Shown here piece after piece: positions 1 to 9,241 of a DNA stretch of 64,000 bases (positions are counted from its first letter, which is position 1; each line of letters opens with the position of its first letter). This stretch comes from Deltaproteobacteria bacterium (GTDB taxonomy: Bacteria; Myxococcota_A; UBA9160; SMWR01), in contig JAQBHB010000068.1 of the NCBI GenBank assembly GCA_032128115.1, positions 8,725-72,724 on the forward strand, given 5' to 3'. A program made the translations under genes and the position numbers. Under the pieces are notes generated by a model. It worked only from the letters and a program-made list of their open reading frames with translations. It made no database searches and was not told where the DNA came from.

Positions 1-1
1 G

Positions 2-85
2 GTCTTCGGATCGGTCTCCAAGTCCGTGCTCGAGTCCGCCCCTTGCGCGGTCCTGATGGTACCGCTGGCCGCGGTCGCGGAATGA
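2..85 (+). CDS. 3' end of a universal stress protein (partial, runs in from the left edge)
   Basis: Frame 2 reads VFGSVSKSVLESAPCAVLMVPLAAVAE*, matching the USP C-terminal GSVS..V...APC.VL.V motif; stop TGA at 83-85. Confidence 0.7.
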   Translation, partial: VFGSVSKSVLESAPCAVLMVPLAAVAE

Positions 86-278
86 CGATCGGGTGGGAAT
101 CGAAATGGACGTTCTACCGGTCGAGCGCTTGCTGGCGGCGACCTGCGGCAGCGGACAGACCAACCCCGCAGTGCTGGAGCGCGTGAACCGGGCGGCCCGC
201 GCGGCCGGTCAGGGGGACGGGCGACGTTGCGCGCGCGGGTGCAGGATCGGACGAAGCGAGACCGTCGCGAGCGCTCCG

Positions 279-632
279 AGGATCGGCTACCAGCCCGCGC
301 TGGGCGGGGTTCGTGGCATCTCCGTCGCCGGCATCGTGCTCTTCCACAGCGGGTTTAGCTGGGCCGCGGGCGGGCGTCACGACGGTCGGATGTGGCCGCG
401 CCGACCGAGGGATGTACCGGCTCCTCGGCAAGACCCTCGCCGTCAAGCTGGGGTGCGGAAAGCCAGACCAGCGCTGCGCTGAGTTCGCCGCAACGTACCG
501 GCCGGACATCTCGGTGGTGCTGTTCGGACACTGGGACCTGCACGAGCGCAGGCTGCCCCGCGAAAAGAAGTGGCGCGAGCCGGGCGATCCCGTCTTCGAC
601 GACTACCTGCTTGGCGAGCTGTTCCTTGCGGC
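279..632 (+). pseudogene. Remnant of an acyltransferase-3/SGNH (OafA/OatA-like) gene
   Basis: RIGYQPALGGVRGISVAGIVLFHSGFSWAAGG resembles the AT3 N-terminus. It is followed directly, in another frame, by VGCG...RPDISVVLFGHWD...PGDPVFD (SGNH-like). The membrane domain between them is missing. Confidence 0.55.
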
Positions 633-642
633 CCCTCAGGCC

Positions 643-3600
643 CTACGACTGAGCGAGCTCGACCGTCAGCTGCTCCGCACGCGCGCTCGCTCCCATCTCG
701 GCCAGCAGGTCCCTTGCAGCTTCGAGTTCGCTTCGGCGCTTCGAGTCGTCACCCACTTCGCCGGCGTACGCGGCGTGCTCGAGGTGGACGAGAGGCTCGT
801 AGCCGCGGGCGTGCTCGCGTGCTGCTGCCAGTGCGCGAGCCAGCGCGGCCTCCACTTCATCAGCTGGCGCCCCGCTGGCGCGCGTGATCATCGCGTCGAC
901 GAGAGCGGCAAACGGCAACTGCAGCCGGCTCTGTTGTTGCTCACCAATCGCCAGCGCGCGGTCGAGTGTCTGGCGTGCGCGATCGAGTTCGCCCAGCGCG
1001 ACCAGGACACGGGCGATCCACACGAGCGTGGTCGGCTCTGTTTGCAGAAATGTTCCGGCCTCGTGGGAAATGTCGAGTGCGCGCTCGAAAGGCAACAACG
1101 CTTCACGCCACTCGCCGGCGATCGCGAGGCTGATCCCGAGCGCGCGTTGGGTGAAGATCACGCCGATGTTCGTCGTCCCGGTCTCCTCGACCCCTGCGGC
1201 GCCGCTGCGCGCTTGAGCAATCGCGGTTCGTGAGTCTCCCGTGAAGTGGCAGTGCTCGACGACGAACACCCGCACGATGTGGAGGGTGACGCCAGTTGCC
1301 TGTAGCGCATTCTCGAAGTCCTGCTCGGCCTCGGTATAGCGTCCAAGGAAGCTCAGCAGGGCGCCGCGCATCCCGAGCAGCAAGTGGTAGGGTGAGTAAC
1401 CGACGAGTTTCTGCCCCGCGCCCGGGTCATCGGCGCCCATCGCGATTCCTTCGGTGGCAGCGGCAATCCCATCCGCCCGATTACCCTCGAAATAGCAGCC
1501 GAGAACTCGACCCCAACGCGTCGCGAGCCTCAGCCCCAGGTCTTCTGTGCTGTCGGCCGAACCGACCGCGCGTGTCAGAAGCGGGTAGGCCTCTGAACCG
1601 TGGCCGGTGTAGAGGTTGTAGGCGCCGAATGCGAACAAGGCGAAGGCGGCGGTGCCGGGATCGTTAGTCTCTTCGGAGAGCTGCATCGATTCGTCGAAAA
1701 GTCGTTGTGCCTCGGCGCGTTGAATCCCGGAGCGCAGCCCATACCAGAGGATCTGGTTTCGGAGCAGCGCGGCTTCGCGCTTGGTATCCTCGGTCGGCCG
1801 CAGCCGGTCAACGAGGTGTTGGGCGCGGCGAAAGTGCCGCATTGCGTCTTCGATGCAATGGAAGCCGATCGCCTCGGCTGCGCGATGGTGCCAGAGCGAG
1901 GCCTGTCGTTCGTCACCGGCCTCGTCCCAGTGATGAGCGAGTAGCGCCGCACGTTCCTCGAGCTTCTCGGGGCTCGCATCCTGGAGCGCTCGCGCGACGC
2001 CGGCGTGGGTGCGTCGGCGTCGCGCGCCAAGCTGGGACTTGAGCGCGACTTCTTGTGTGAGCGGGTGTTTGAAGGAGTACTCGGCCACGGGGTAGAGCGA
2101 CTCTTCGTAGACGAACTCGGCTGCCCGGAGAACGCCGAGTGCCTCGCTGAGCTCGAGTCGAGGAAGGTCCGCGACCGCCTCGAGGATCGGTTCCGCGAAC
2201 TCGTGGCCAATCACCGAGGCAGCCTGCAGCACACGCTTGTCCCGCTCCATCAGCCGATCGATGCGCGCCGATAGCAGCGAGTGCACATTGGCCGGGATTT
2301 CCAGCGTTTCGATCGGAGTGACGAGTCGATACGCGCCACGCGAGCCTTCGAGGTTGCCGGCCTCGATCAGGCCGCGGACGGTTTCCTCGGCGAAGAACGG
2401 GTTGCCGCCGGTTCGATCATGCACGGCGTCGGCCACACCAGACAGGCTGGGGTCGCTGCCAAGGAGACCGTTGATCAGCTCGCGGATCGCGTCCCCGCCG
2501 AGCGGTGCCAGCGGCAACTGGCGGTACCAGGACTTCTGCATCCATGCGGCCTTGTACTCGGGTCGAAAATTAACGATCAGCAGGCTCGAGCTACCGGCGA
2601 TCGCATTGACCCACTCCTCGACCCAGGCCTCGCTGGCGGCGTCGAGCCAATGAAGATCCTCGATGAGGGTCACAGGCGTGTCGTTCATGGGCGGCCGCTG
2701 CACGAGGCTCCGCAGCACGCCGAAGAGCTTGCGTTGCCGCTCTTCGGGCGACATCGAGGCTGCGGGATTGCCGGGATCCGGCACGCACAGCAACTCGAAG
2801 AGCACTGGCAGCACTTCGCGGTAGCTCTCGTCGAAGAGCAGCATGCGGCCCGCGATCTTCTCTCGCGCGAGGCGCTCGGGATCACTCGTTTCGATCCCGT
2901 AGTACTCGCGGAAGACCTGCAAGATCGGGAGCAGCGAGATGTTCTTCCCATGGGCGGCGCAGTTGCCCTGGAACACGCGTGTTCCGCTCGCGCGGCACCG
3001 TTCGAGGAATTCGAAGCACAACCGGCTCTTGCCGGTCCCCGCGTCCGCGACCACACCGACGACCTGCCCGTTGCCGGCCTGCGCCTGCGCGAGAGCAGCC
3101 TCGAGCATGTCCATGTCAGTGTCTCGACCCACGAAGCTCGTCAGTCCGCGCGAGCGCGATACATCGAAGCGCGTCTTCAGCGTCGTCACCTCGCGCAGCT
3201 CGCAGACGGGCTCGGGTTCGGCGACTCCCTTGATCGGGAACGTGCCGAGGTCGCGCAGCGTGAAATAGCCCTGCACCAGCTGTGCGGTCGCGTTGGCGAG
3301 ATAGATCGTATCAGGGGAGGCGAGCTCCTGCATGCGAGATGCGAGCCCGACGGTGTGACCCTGAGCGGTGTAGTCCATGCGCAGGTCGTCGCCGATCTTC
3401 CCGACGATGACATCGCCCGAGTTGAGTCCGATGCGCGTCGAGAAGTTCACGCCGTGCTCGCGCTTGACCTCAGTCGCGTGCTCCGCGAGACGTTCACGTA
3501 GCTCGAGGGCTGCATAGCAGGCACGCAGCGGGTGATCTTCGTGCGAGATCGGCGCGCCGAACAGCGCCATGATGCCGTCGCCCGTGTACTGGTTGACGGT

Positions 3601-4062
3601 GCCCTCGTAGCGATGCACGCGTTCTGCGAGGATCTTGAAGAAATCATCGAGGATGCCGTGCCAGGCCTCCGCGCCGAGCTGCTGGGACATCTCCATCGAG
3701 CTCTTCACGTCCGCGAAGAGCACCGTCACATGCTTTCGCTCGCCCTCGATTGCGCTGCGACTCGTCAGGATCCGATCCGCGAGGTGCGCCGGCGTGTATG
3801 AGATGGGCGCACGTTCGGGCGAAGCGGCGGTCTCGGGTGTGTCGCGCGGATCCGCTCCGGGCGCCGCGGTCGCAGAGCCGACCCAGACGAGGACTTTGCC
3901 CCCCTCGTCCGCGGCCACACCCTGCACCTCGATCAGCTCTTCCTTGATGTCCTCGAGTGCATCCGCGTCGAGTGAAAACTGGCGTTGCAGCATGCGATAG
4001 GAAACGCGTCCGTTTTCTTCCAGAAAGGCGCGGATCTGGGTGATGATCTCGAGAAGGTTCAT
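643..4062 (-). CDS. Class III adenylate/guanylate cyclase with STAND AAA ATPase and TPR-like C-terminus
   Basis: ERKHVTVLFADV, YTGDGIMALFGAP, RIGLNSG; FVGRD; Walker A DAGTGKS; Walker B IEDLHWLD; TGGNPFF; helical C-terminal repeats. Confidence 0.92.
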   Translation of the reverse strand: MNLLEIITQIRAFLEENGRVSYRMLQRQFSLDADALEDIKEELIEVQGVAADEGGKVLVWVGSATAAPGADPRDTPETAASPERAPISYTPAHLADRILTSRSAIEGERKHVTVLFADVKSSMEMSQQLGAEAWHGILDDFFKILAERVHRYEGTVNQYTGDGIMALFGAPISHEDHPLRACYAALELRERLAEHATEVKREHGVNFSTRIGLNSGDVIVGKIGDDLRMDYTAQGHTVGLASRMQELASPDTIYLANATAQLVQGYFTLRDLGTFPIKGVAEPEPVCELREVTTLKTRFDVSRSRGLTSFVGRDTDMDMLEAALAQAQAGNGQVVGVVADAGTGKSRLCFEFLERCRASGTRVFQGNCAAHGKNISLLPILQVFREYYGIETSDPERLAREKIAGRMLLFDESYREVLPVLFELLCVPDPGNPAASMSPEERQRKLFGVLRSLVQRPPMNDTPVTLIEDLHWLDAASEAWVEEWVNAIAGSSSLLIVNFRPEYKAAWMQKSWYRQLPLAPLGGDAIRELINGLLGSDPSLSGVADAVHDRTGGNPFFAEETVRGLIEAGNLEGSRGAYRLVTPIETLEIPANVHSLLSARIDRLMERDKRVLQAASVIGHEFAEPILEAVADLPRLELSEALGVLRAAEFVYEESLYPVAEYSFKHPLTQEVALKSQLGARRRRTHAGVARALQDASPEKLEERAALLAHHWDEAGDERQASLWHHRAAEAIGFHCIEDAMRHFRRAQHLVDRLRPTEDTKREAALLRNQILWYGLRSGIQRAEAQRLFDESMQLSEETNDPGTAAFALFAFGAYNLYTGHGSEAYPLLTRAVGSADSTEDLGLRLATRWGRVLGCYFEGNRADGIAAATEGIAMGADDPGAGQKLVGYSPYHLLLGMRGALLSFLGRYTEAEQDFENALQATGVTLHIVRVFVVEHCHFTGDSRTAIAQARSGAAGVEETGTTNIGVIFTQRALGISLAIAGEWREALLPFERALDISHEAGTFLQTEPTTLVWIARVLVALGELDRARQTLDRALAIGEQQQSRLQLPFAALVDAMITRASGAPADEVEAALARALAAAREHARGYEPLVHLEHAAYAGEVGDDSKRRSELEAARDLLAEMGASARAEQLTVELAQS

Positions 4063-4372
4063 GAATCCTCGGCAGATGGGTGTCGCAACGGTGCCACGAA
4101 GTCGGGGTTACGGGAAATGCTTCTTCTTCAGATCGCTGCCTGAAGGGTGGGGGAAAGCCTAGCCGTTTCCGGTTGGGTTCCAAGCACCCTTCCGGCTTGG
4201 CCCGGTGCTCGTCATTCCCGTGCGAGGGGCTGGCTTCATTCGATGTAGCCGAGGCCTCGCAGCTGGTCTCTGGATTGCGGGCTCATGGGTTCCGCTGGGG
4301 CGCCCTGCAACGGAACGATCTTCTCCACTCGTTCGAGGGTACGCCGAGCCAGTGTGGGCCTTTCTCCAATCT

Positions 4373-4400
4373 ACTTGACGAAATGCGTATTATCGGAGAT
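4373..4400 (-). other. dif-like XerC/XerD recombination site (11-6-11)
   Basis: Minus strand reads ATCTCCGATAA-TACGCA-TTTCGTCAAGT in an AT-richer intergenic patch. The XerD-like arm differs at two positions from TTATGTCAAGT. Confidence 0.55.
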
Positions 4401-4462
4401 TGCCGAAAACCCAGCTTGTTTTGGCTATACCCCTCGAACTTCGATGGTGCCGGTGGCCTACG

Positions 4463-4515
4463 CCTGAGTCCGCTCCGGTTGAACCCGGCGCGGACTCAGG
4501 GGTTCAACCGGAGCG
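4463..4515. repeat. Interleaved inverted repeats (A-B-A'-B')
   Basis: CCTGAGTCCGC (4463-4473) is complementary to GCGGACTCAGG (4490-4500); CGCTCCGGTTGAACCC (4471-4486) is complementary to GGGTTCAACCGGAGCG (4500-4515). Confidence 0.85.
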
Positions 4516-4577
4516 TTTCGGGCCGATACCGACGAACGGGAGCGGGGCGGGGCCTCCAGGAATTCGAGGGGGTTTGA

Positions 4578-5030
4578 TTGATCCGTATTTTCGTCGATGG
4601 CGACGCGTGCCCGGTGAAGGACGAAATCTACGTGGTGGCCACGCGCTACGACGTCCCGGTCGATCTGGTGGCCAACGCGCGCATGTTCGTGCCGGATGGC
4701 TTCGGTGTCGAGATGATCGTGGTGCCGGAAGGCCCGGATGCGGCCGACGACTGGATCGCCGAGCACGTGCGCGCGTTCGACGTGGTGATCACAGCGGACA
4801 TCCCGCTCGCGGCGCGCTGTCTCGAGGCGGGCGCGCTCGTGCTGGGAAACGACGGCCGACCCTTCAGCGAAGATTCGATCGGGGGCGCCCTGGCTACGCG
4901 AGAGATCAAGTCGCAGATGCGGGAGATGGGCCTGCAGTCCGGGGGTCCCCGCGCACTCTCGCCCCGGGATCGCTCCCGCTTCCAGTCGAAGCTCGACGAG
5001 CTGGTGCAGCGGGGCCTGCGCGGGCGCTAG
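4578..5030 (+). CDS. yaiI: YaiI/YqxD family protein (UPF0178)
   Basis: IFVDGDACPVKDEI, DAADDWI, DVVITADIPLA motifs; TTG start after GAGG. Confidence 0.9.
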   Translation: MIRIFVDGDACPVKDEIYVVATRYDVPVDLVANARMFVPDGFGVEMIVVPEGPDAADDWIAEHVRAFDVVITADIPLAARCLEAGALVLGNDGRPFSEDSIGGALATREIKSQMREMGLQSGGPRALSPRDRSRFQSKLDELVQRGLRGR

Positions 5031-5039
5031 GATGGCGTC

Positions 5040-5816
5040 ATGCCCGACCTCCTCTGCGACGTCAAGGATCAGATCGCCACCGTTACCCTGAATCGCCCCG
5101 ACCGGCTCAACGCCATCACGGGCGAGATGCTTCGGGGTCTTTCGGAAACCCTGCGCACGTGCGACCAGGACGCGGACGTGCGCGTGATCGTGCTGACGGG
5201 TGCCGGCCGCGGTTTCTGCGCCGGCCTCGACCTGAAGGACGTGGGCAGCGGCGCCGCCGACCCCTCCGCCGCGGCCGGTGCCATGAAGATCGGCGAGATG
5301 CCGCCGTTCGTGCTGCACCGCCTGGACACCCCGGTGATCTGCGCCCTGAACGGTCCCGCATCGGGCTACGGCATGGACCTGGCCCTGGGCTGCGATTTCG
5401 TGATCGCCTCGGACCAGGCCAGACTGATGCCACCCACGAAGCGCGGCGTCGTGCCCGAGAGCGGTGGCACCTGGCTGCTGCCGCGCCTGGTGGGCTGGCA
5501 CAAGGCCTGCGAGATCGTCCTGATGGGTCGCCGCCTGGATGCGACGGAGATCGAACGGCTGGGCCTCGCCAACAAGGTGGTGCCCCACGAGACTCTCGCC
5601 CAGGAGGTGCAGGCCTGGGCCGAGGAGCTGGCCGGCAACGCCCCCCTGGCCGTGTCCGCCGCCAAGCGCAGCATGCGTCTGGGACTCGAGTCGAGCTTCG
5701 ACGCAAACGCCTATCACGTCATGGCCGAACTGCTGCAGCTGTTCGGAAGCGACGACTTCCGCGAAGGCGTCGCATCGTTCCTGGAGAAGCGCGAGCCCCG
5801 GTTCAAGGGGCGCTGA
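5040..5816 (+). CDS. Enoyl-CoA hydratase/isomerase (crotonase family)
   Basis: TLNRPDRLNA, GRGFCAGLDL, ALNGPASGYG, DFREGVASFLEKR. Confidence 0.92.
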   Translation: MPDLLCDVKDQIATVTLNRPDRLNAITGEMLRGLSETLRTCDQDADVRVIVLTGAGRGFCAGLDLKDVGSGAADPSAAAGAMKIGEMPPFVLHRLDTPVICALNGPASGYGMDLALGCDFVIASDQARLMPPTKRGVVPESGGTWLLPRLVGWHKACEIVLMGRRLDATEIERLGLANKVVPHETLAQEVQAWAEELAGNAPLAVSAAKRSMRLGLESSFDANAYHVMAELLQLFGSDDFREGVASFLEKREPRFKGR

Positions 5817-5821
5817 CGCAA

Positions 5822-5860
5822 GCGGGCCAAAGGCCCGCGCGCAGCGAGCCGCAGGCGAGC
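5822..5860. repeat. GC hairpin and REP-like element between convergent genes
   Basis: GCGGGCC-AAA-GGCCCGC (5822-5838) followed by GCGAGCCGCAGGCGAGC; no U-tract. Confidence 0.4.
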
Positions 5861-5879
5861 GCAGCTCCAGGATGCGTGC

Positions 5880-6632
5880 TCAGGCGACCGAGTAGCCGCC
5901 GTCCACGTTGAGGGTCTGACCCGTCACGAAGCGGGCACCCGCGCTGGCGAGGAACAAGACGGCGGGCGCCACGTCTTCCGGCGTGCCCCAGCGGCCCATG
6001 GGGGTGCGGCCGATCTGGGGGTCCTCCAGCGCCGGCACGCCCTTCATGACCGCCGTCATGTTGCTCTCGATCAATCCCGGGGCCACGGCGTTCACGCGGA
6101 TGCCTTCGCCCACCCAGGCCACCGCCAGGTTCTTGGTCATCTGCACCACGCCCGCCTTGGCGGCACCGTATCCCGGCACGATGGGAACCGCCACGAACGC
6201 GGACATGGACGCCAGGTTCACGATGCTGCCACCGCCTTCCGCGCAGCTGGCCGCGAGCTTCTGCTTGCAAGCGAGCGCCATCCGGAACGAGCCGAACAGG
6301 TTGATGGCCACCGACTCCTCGAAGACCTCAGGCTCCCATTCGTTGCGGCCCCCGGGCAGGGTCGCGCCGGCGTTGTTCACGAGTACGTCCAGGCCATCCA
6401 GAGCATCGGCCACGCGCAGGATCCCGTCCGCATCGGTCATCTGGAGCGTGTGGTAGTCGTAACCCGAGAGGTCCGCCTGGTAGTCCCCGGCATTCGCGCG
6501 CGTGCCTGTGATGCTGACCCGGGCGCCGGCTTCGCGAAACGCCCGGGCAATTCCGGCGCCGATCCCACTGGAACCCCCTGTCACCAGCACCCGCGTCCCG
6601 GCAAATTCGTATCGGATCGATCCGCTGCCCAT
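5880..6632 (-). CDS. Short-chain dehydrogenase/reductase (SDR)
   Basis: TGGSSGIG, NNAG, YGAAK, RVNAVAPG, TGQTLNVDGG. Confidence 0.93.
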   Translation of the reverse strand: MGSGSIRYEFAGTRVLVTGGSSGIGAGIARAFREAGARVSITGTRANAGDYQADLSGYDYHTLQMTDADGILRVADALDGLDVLVNNAGATLPGGRNEWEPEVFEESVAINLFGSFRMALACKQKLAASCAEGGGSIVNLASMSAFVAVPIVPGYGAAKAGVVQMTKNLAVAWVGEGIRVNAVAPGLIESNMTAVMKGVPALEDPQIGRTPMGRWGTPEDVAPAVLFLASAGARFVTGQTLNVDGGYSVA

Positions 6633-6635
6633 GAT

Positions 6636-7892
6636 CTAGCCCGCCTCCACCTTCACCGGAAAACGCTCGAAGTAGAACGCGAAGCGCTCTCGCAAGGCGT
6701 CGCGATCCACCCCGAAGTCGCCCTTCAGGTCGTAGACGATGCGCCCGTGCACACCCCGGGGATTGTCCGCCAGAAAACGCTCCAGCGATCCCCGCGCCTC
6801 GTCCGTCAGGGGAAGATCTGCAAGTTCGTAGACGCGTCTCACCATGGCCATGTCGTCGGCCATGAACTCGTGGAAGAGCACGTCGAGACTCCGGTCGGCG
6901 GGAACCCGGTCGCGATCGCCCACGCAGGCCCGCAGCAGCCGCTCGATCCGGTCGATCCAGTAGGCCGCCACGGCAGGCGGGTCGACCCGGGTGCGGCGCA
7001 CCCGATCGCCATAGCAGAGCATCGTGACGGCCGAGGCGATCACCGAGACGGGATCCCGGTGGGTGAGGACCACCGTGGCGTCGGGAAAGGTCTCCATCAA
7101 CGGACCCAGCTGCTCCATGTGTTGGGGCGACTTCAGGATCCAGCGACTCGGCCCCCGCATCCACTGCAGGGCCCGCAGCACGTTGCTCATGTAGCGGTAC
7201 GAGGGCCGCTGGTCCTCGGCCAGATAGGTGTCGCGCCAACGGGGCACGGTGGCGATCCACTCCAGCTCGTACGACGAGAAGTCCAGGCACTGCAGCTCGA
7301 TCTCTTCGTGCACGTGCTCCGGCGCCATGTCGTGCATGTTCTTCAGCAGCGGCATCATGAGGTCCTGCTGGGCGTAGTTCTCGCGGCAGCGCGCAAGCCG
7401 CGGATCGACCCCGTCCTTCCCGGGCGCCTCCCCGGGGATCGGAATCGGCTCGACGCTCTCCCAGTAGGGCAGCGACCGCAGGCGCGAATCGGCGGCGATC
7501 AGGTTCAGCAGATGGGTCGTTCCGGAGCGCGGCAGGCCCGCGATGATGATCGGGCGCTCGATCGCAACGTCCAGGATCTCCGGGTGGCGCTCGAGCAGGT
7601 CTTCGAAGCGCAGGCGGTTGCTTGCGTAGCGCGTGATGTCGCGAAACACGCCGATGCGGCCCACGGGACCCAGCTCTGCGTCCTCGTTCACGGCCCGCAG
7701 CCATACAGCCAGACGCGCGCGAAAGTCGTCGTCTCCGAAATCGCTGAGCCCCGTGCGCCGGCACGCCTCCGAAAGCACCGCCTCCTCGCTGAACTCGACG
7801 GAGACCCCGGCCACCGCCTTCAATGTGGCCCGCTGCACCGGCGTGAGCTGGGGGTTCGCAAGGTCATCGATGCGGATGTCGGGCGCCGCCAT
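6636..7892 (-). CDS. Sulfotransferase (Sulfotransfer_3-like)
   Basis: PAPS-binding loop GLPRSGTT, WILKSPQH, THRDP. Start placed at the ATG (MAAPDIRIDD) overlapping the upstream TGA. Confidence 0.88.
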   Translation of the reverse strand: MAAPDIRIDDLANPQLTPVQRATLKAVAGVSVEFSEEAVLSEACRRTGLSDFGDDDFRARLAVWLRAVNEDAELGPVGRIGVFRDITRYASNRLRFEDLLERHPEILDVAIERPIIIAGLPRSGTTHLLNLIAADSRLRSLPYWESVEPIPIPGEAPGKDGVDPRLARCRENYAQQDLMMPLLKNMHDMAPEHVHEEIELQCLDFSSYELEWIATVPRWRDTYLAEDQRPSYRYMSNVLRALQWMRGPSRWILKSPQHMEQLGPLMETFPDATVVLTHRDPVSVIASAVTMLCYGDRVRRTRVDPPAVAAYWIDRIERLLRACVGDRDRVPADRSLDVLFHEFMADDMAMVRRVYELADLPLTDEARGSLERFLADNPRGVHGRIVYDLKGDFGVDRDALRERFAFYFERFPVKVEAG

Positions 7893-9181
7893 CAGCCGCC
7901 GTGCTCGGGATCCGGACCCGCGCCTGCCAACAGCTGGCGCAGGTGTCCGGCTTGCATGCGAAGCCAGGAGGAAAGCCAGAAGTTTTCGCTCTCGGAGTCG
8001 AGCTGCTCGTGGGCGGCCAGGCTCGCCTCGAGAGCGCCGCGGTGCAGCGGCTCGGCGTGGAGCGCCACCTCGGCCAGCTGGATGGCCTCCACGGGCCGGC
8101 CGGCGGCCAGCTTTTCCCGGGCGCGTTTGGCCAGCGCGTCCGGGCCGCCTGCCAACTCCACCAGATCCGTGTGCACGGCGGTCGGCGGCTGGGAATACAG
8201 CTCCGTAGTCGAGCGGTGGTGGAACCAGCCCGCATAGTTCTCCCAGATCGCCCGCACACTCCACGAAACCTTGCCGTAGCCCTCGCCCACCTGGAGGTCG
8301 GGCGGAAGCTCGATCTCCTGCATCAGGGTGTAGGGATCCTTGTGATCGTTCATTCCCTTCACCGTCTCGTCGTGCACGTAGAGAACGGCCGCGCGCAGCC
8401 GCTCGAGCTCGGCGCGAATCAGGGCCCGTCCCTCGATGGGACCGTGGTGACCCACCAGCAGCAGCTCCGGCTCGAGGGCCCGCACGCGATCCAGCGATTC
8501 CACGAAGCGCAGCGCGTCGCGGTAGCGATCGCCCCGGATCGTCACCAGGTTCGGGAAATGCCCGAAGAGGGCGCTGAACAGGTTGCCTGCAAAGCAAACC
8601 TCGCGGTCGGGCATCCACACCACCATGGAGTCGACGGTTTCGCCGCCGGGAGTCGAGATCAGCTCGAAACGCTCGCCGCCCAGCTCGAACGCGTAGCGAT
8701 CCTCGAAGGTGATGGTGGGCGCAGGCTTCGATTGGGCCACGCCCCCGGCGCCGCCGCCGGCCTTCATGTGGCGCAGTGCCTTTCCGATGGCCTCGCCGAA
8801 CGCGAAGGCGCTGCGCGCCGCCCGGAAGCGCGCGATTCGCTCGTCGTCGGCCTGGTGGGCGGCATTGCCGGCCTGGGTCACCACCTGGGTGCCCGCCTCC
8901 CGGAACATGTCGACGCCGCCCACGTGATCCACGTGGCCCTGGGTCAGCAGGATGTAGCGAACGGGTCCGGCATCCACGGCGTCGTAGTTGCGCTTGTGCA
9001 CGGGGGCCTCGAAGCCCATCCCCGTATTGATCACGACCCGGCCCTCGGAAGTGGCCACCAGATAGGTGTTGGACAGGCCCTCGGACACGTAGATCCCGTC
9101 GCGAACCCGGCGCGCCTCGGGCATGCAGGCCGGCTGGATCTGGAAGCCACCGGGGCGGGAGCGGTAGAGGGGTTCGACCAT
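7892..9181 (-). CDS. Metallo-beta-lactamase-fold alkyl/aryl sulfatase-like protein with dimerization domain
   Basis: TQGHVDHVGG, TPGGET, FPNLVTIRGDRYRD, GYGKVSWSVRAIWENYAGWF. Confidence 0.85.
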   Translation of the reverse strand: MVEPLYRSRPGGFQIQPACMPEARRVRDGIYVSEGLSNTYLVATSEGRVVINTGMGFEAPVHKRNYDAVDAGPVRYILLTQGHVDHVGGVDMFREAGTQVVTQAGNAAHQADDERIARFRAARSAFAFGEAIGKALRHMKAGGGAGGVAQSKPAPTITFEDRYAFELGGERFELISTPGGETVDSMVVWMPDREVCFAGNLFSALFGHFPNLVTIRGDRYRDALRFVESLDRVRALEPELLLVGHHGPIEGRALIRAELERLRAAVLYVHDETVKGMNDHKDPYTLMQEIELPPDLQVGEGYGKVSWSVRAIWENYAGWFHHRSTTELYSQPPTAVHTDLVELAGGPDALAKRAREKLAAGRPVEAIQLAEVALHAEPLHRGALEASLAAHEQLDSESENFWLSSWLRMQAGHLRQLLAGAGPDPEHGG

Positions 9182-9241
9182 GAAAACGTCACTTCCTTCG
9201 CGGGTGGCGCCCCATATAATACGCGCCTACCCGCAGGAGGC

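Noticed and set aside
643..4062. STAND cyclase as an anti-phage (Avs-like) system
   Set aside because: The architecture matches the widespread cyclase-AAA-TPR signalling family; there is no nuclease/TIR/Sir2 effector and no neighbouring defence genes.
4080..4577. 165-aa ORF in the intergenic region
   Set aside because: No motifs or RBS; overlaps the dif-like site and inverted repeats.
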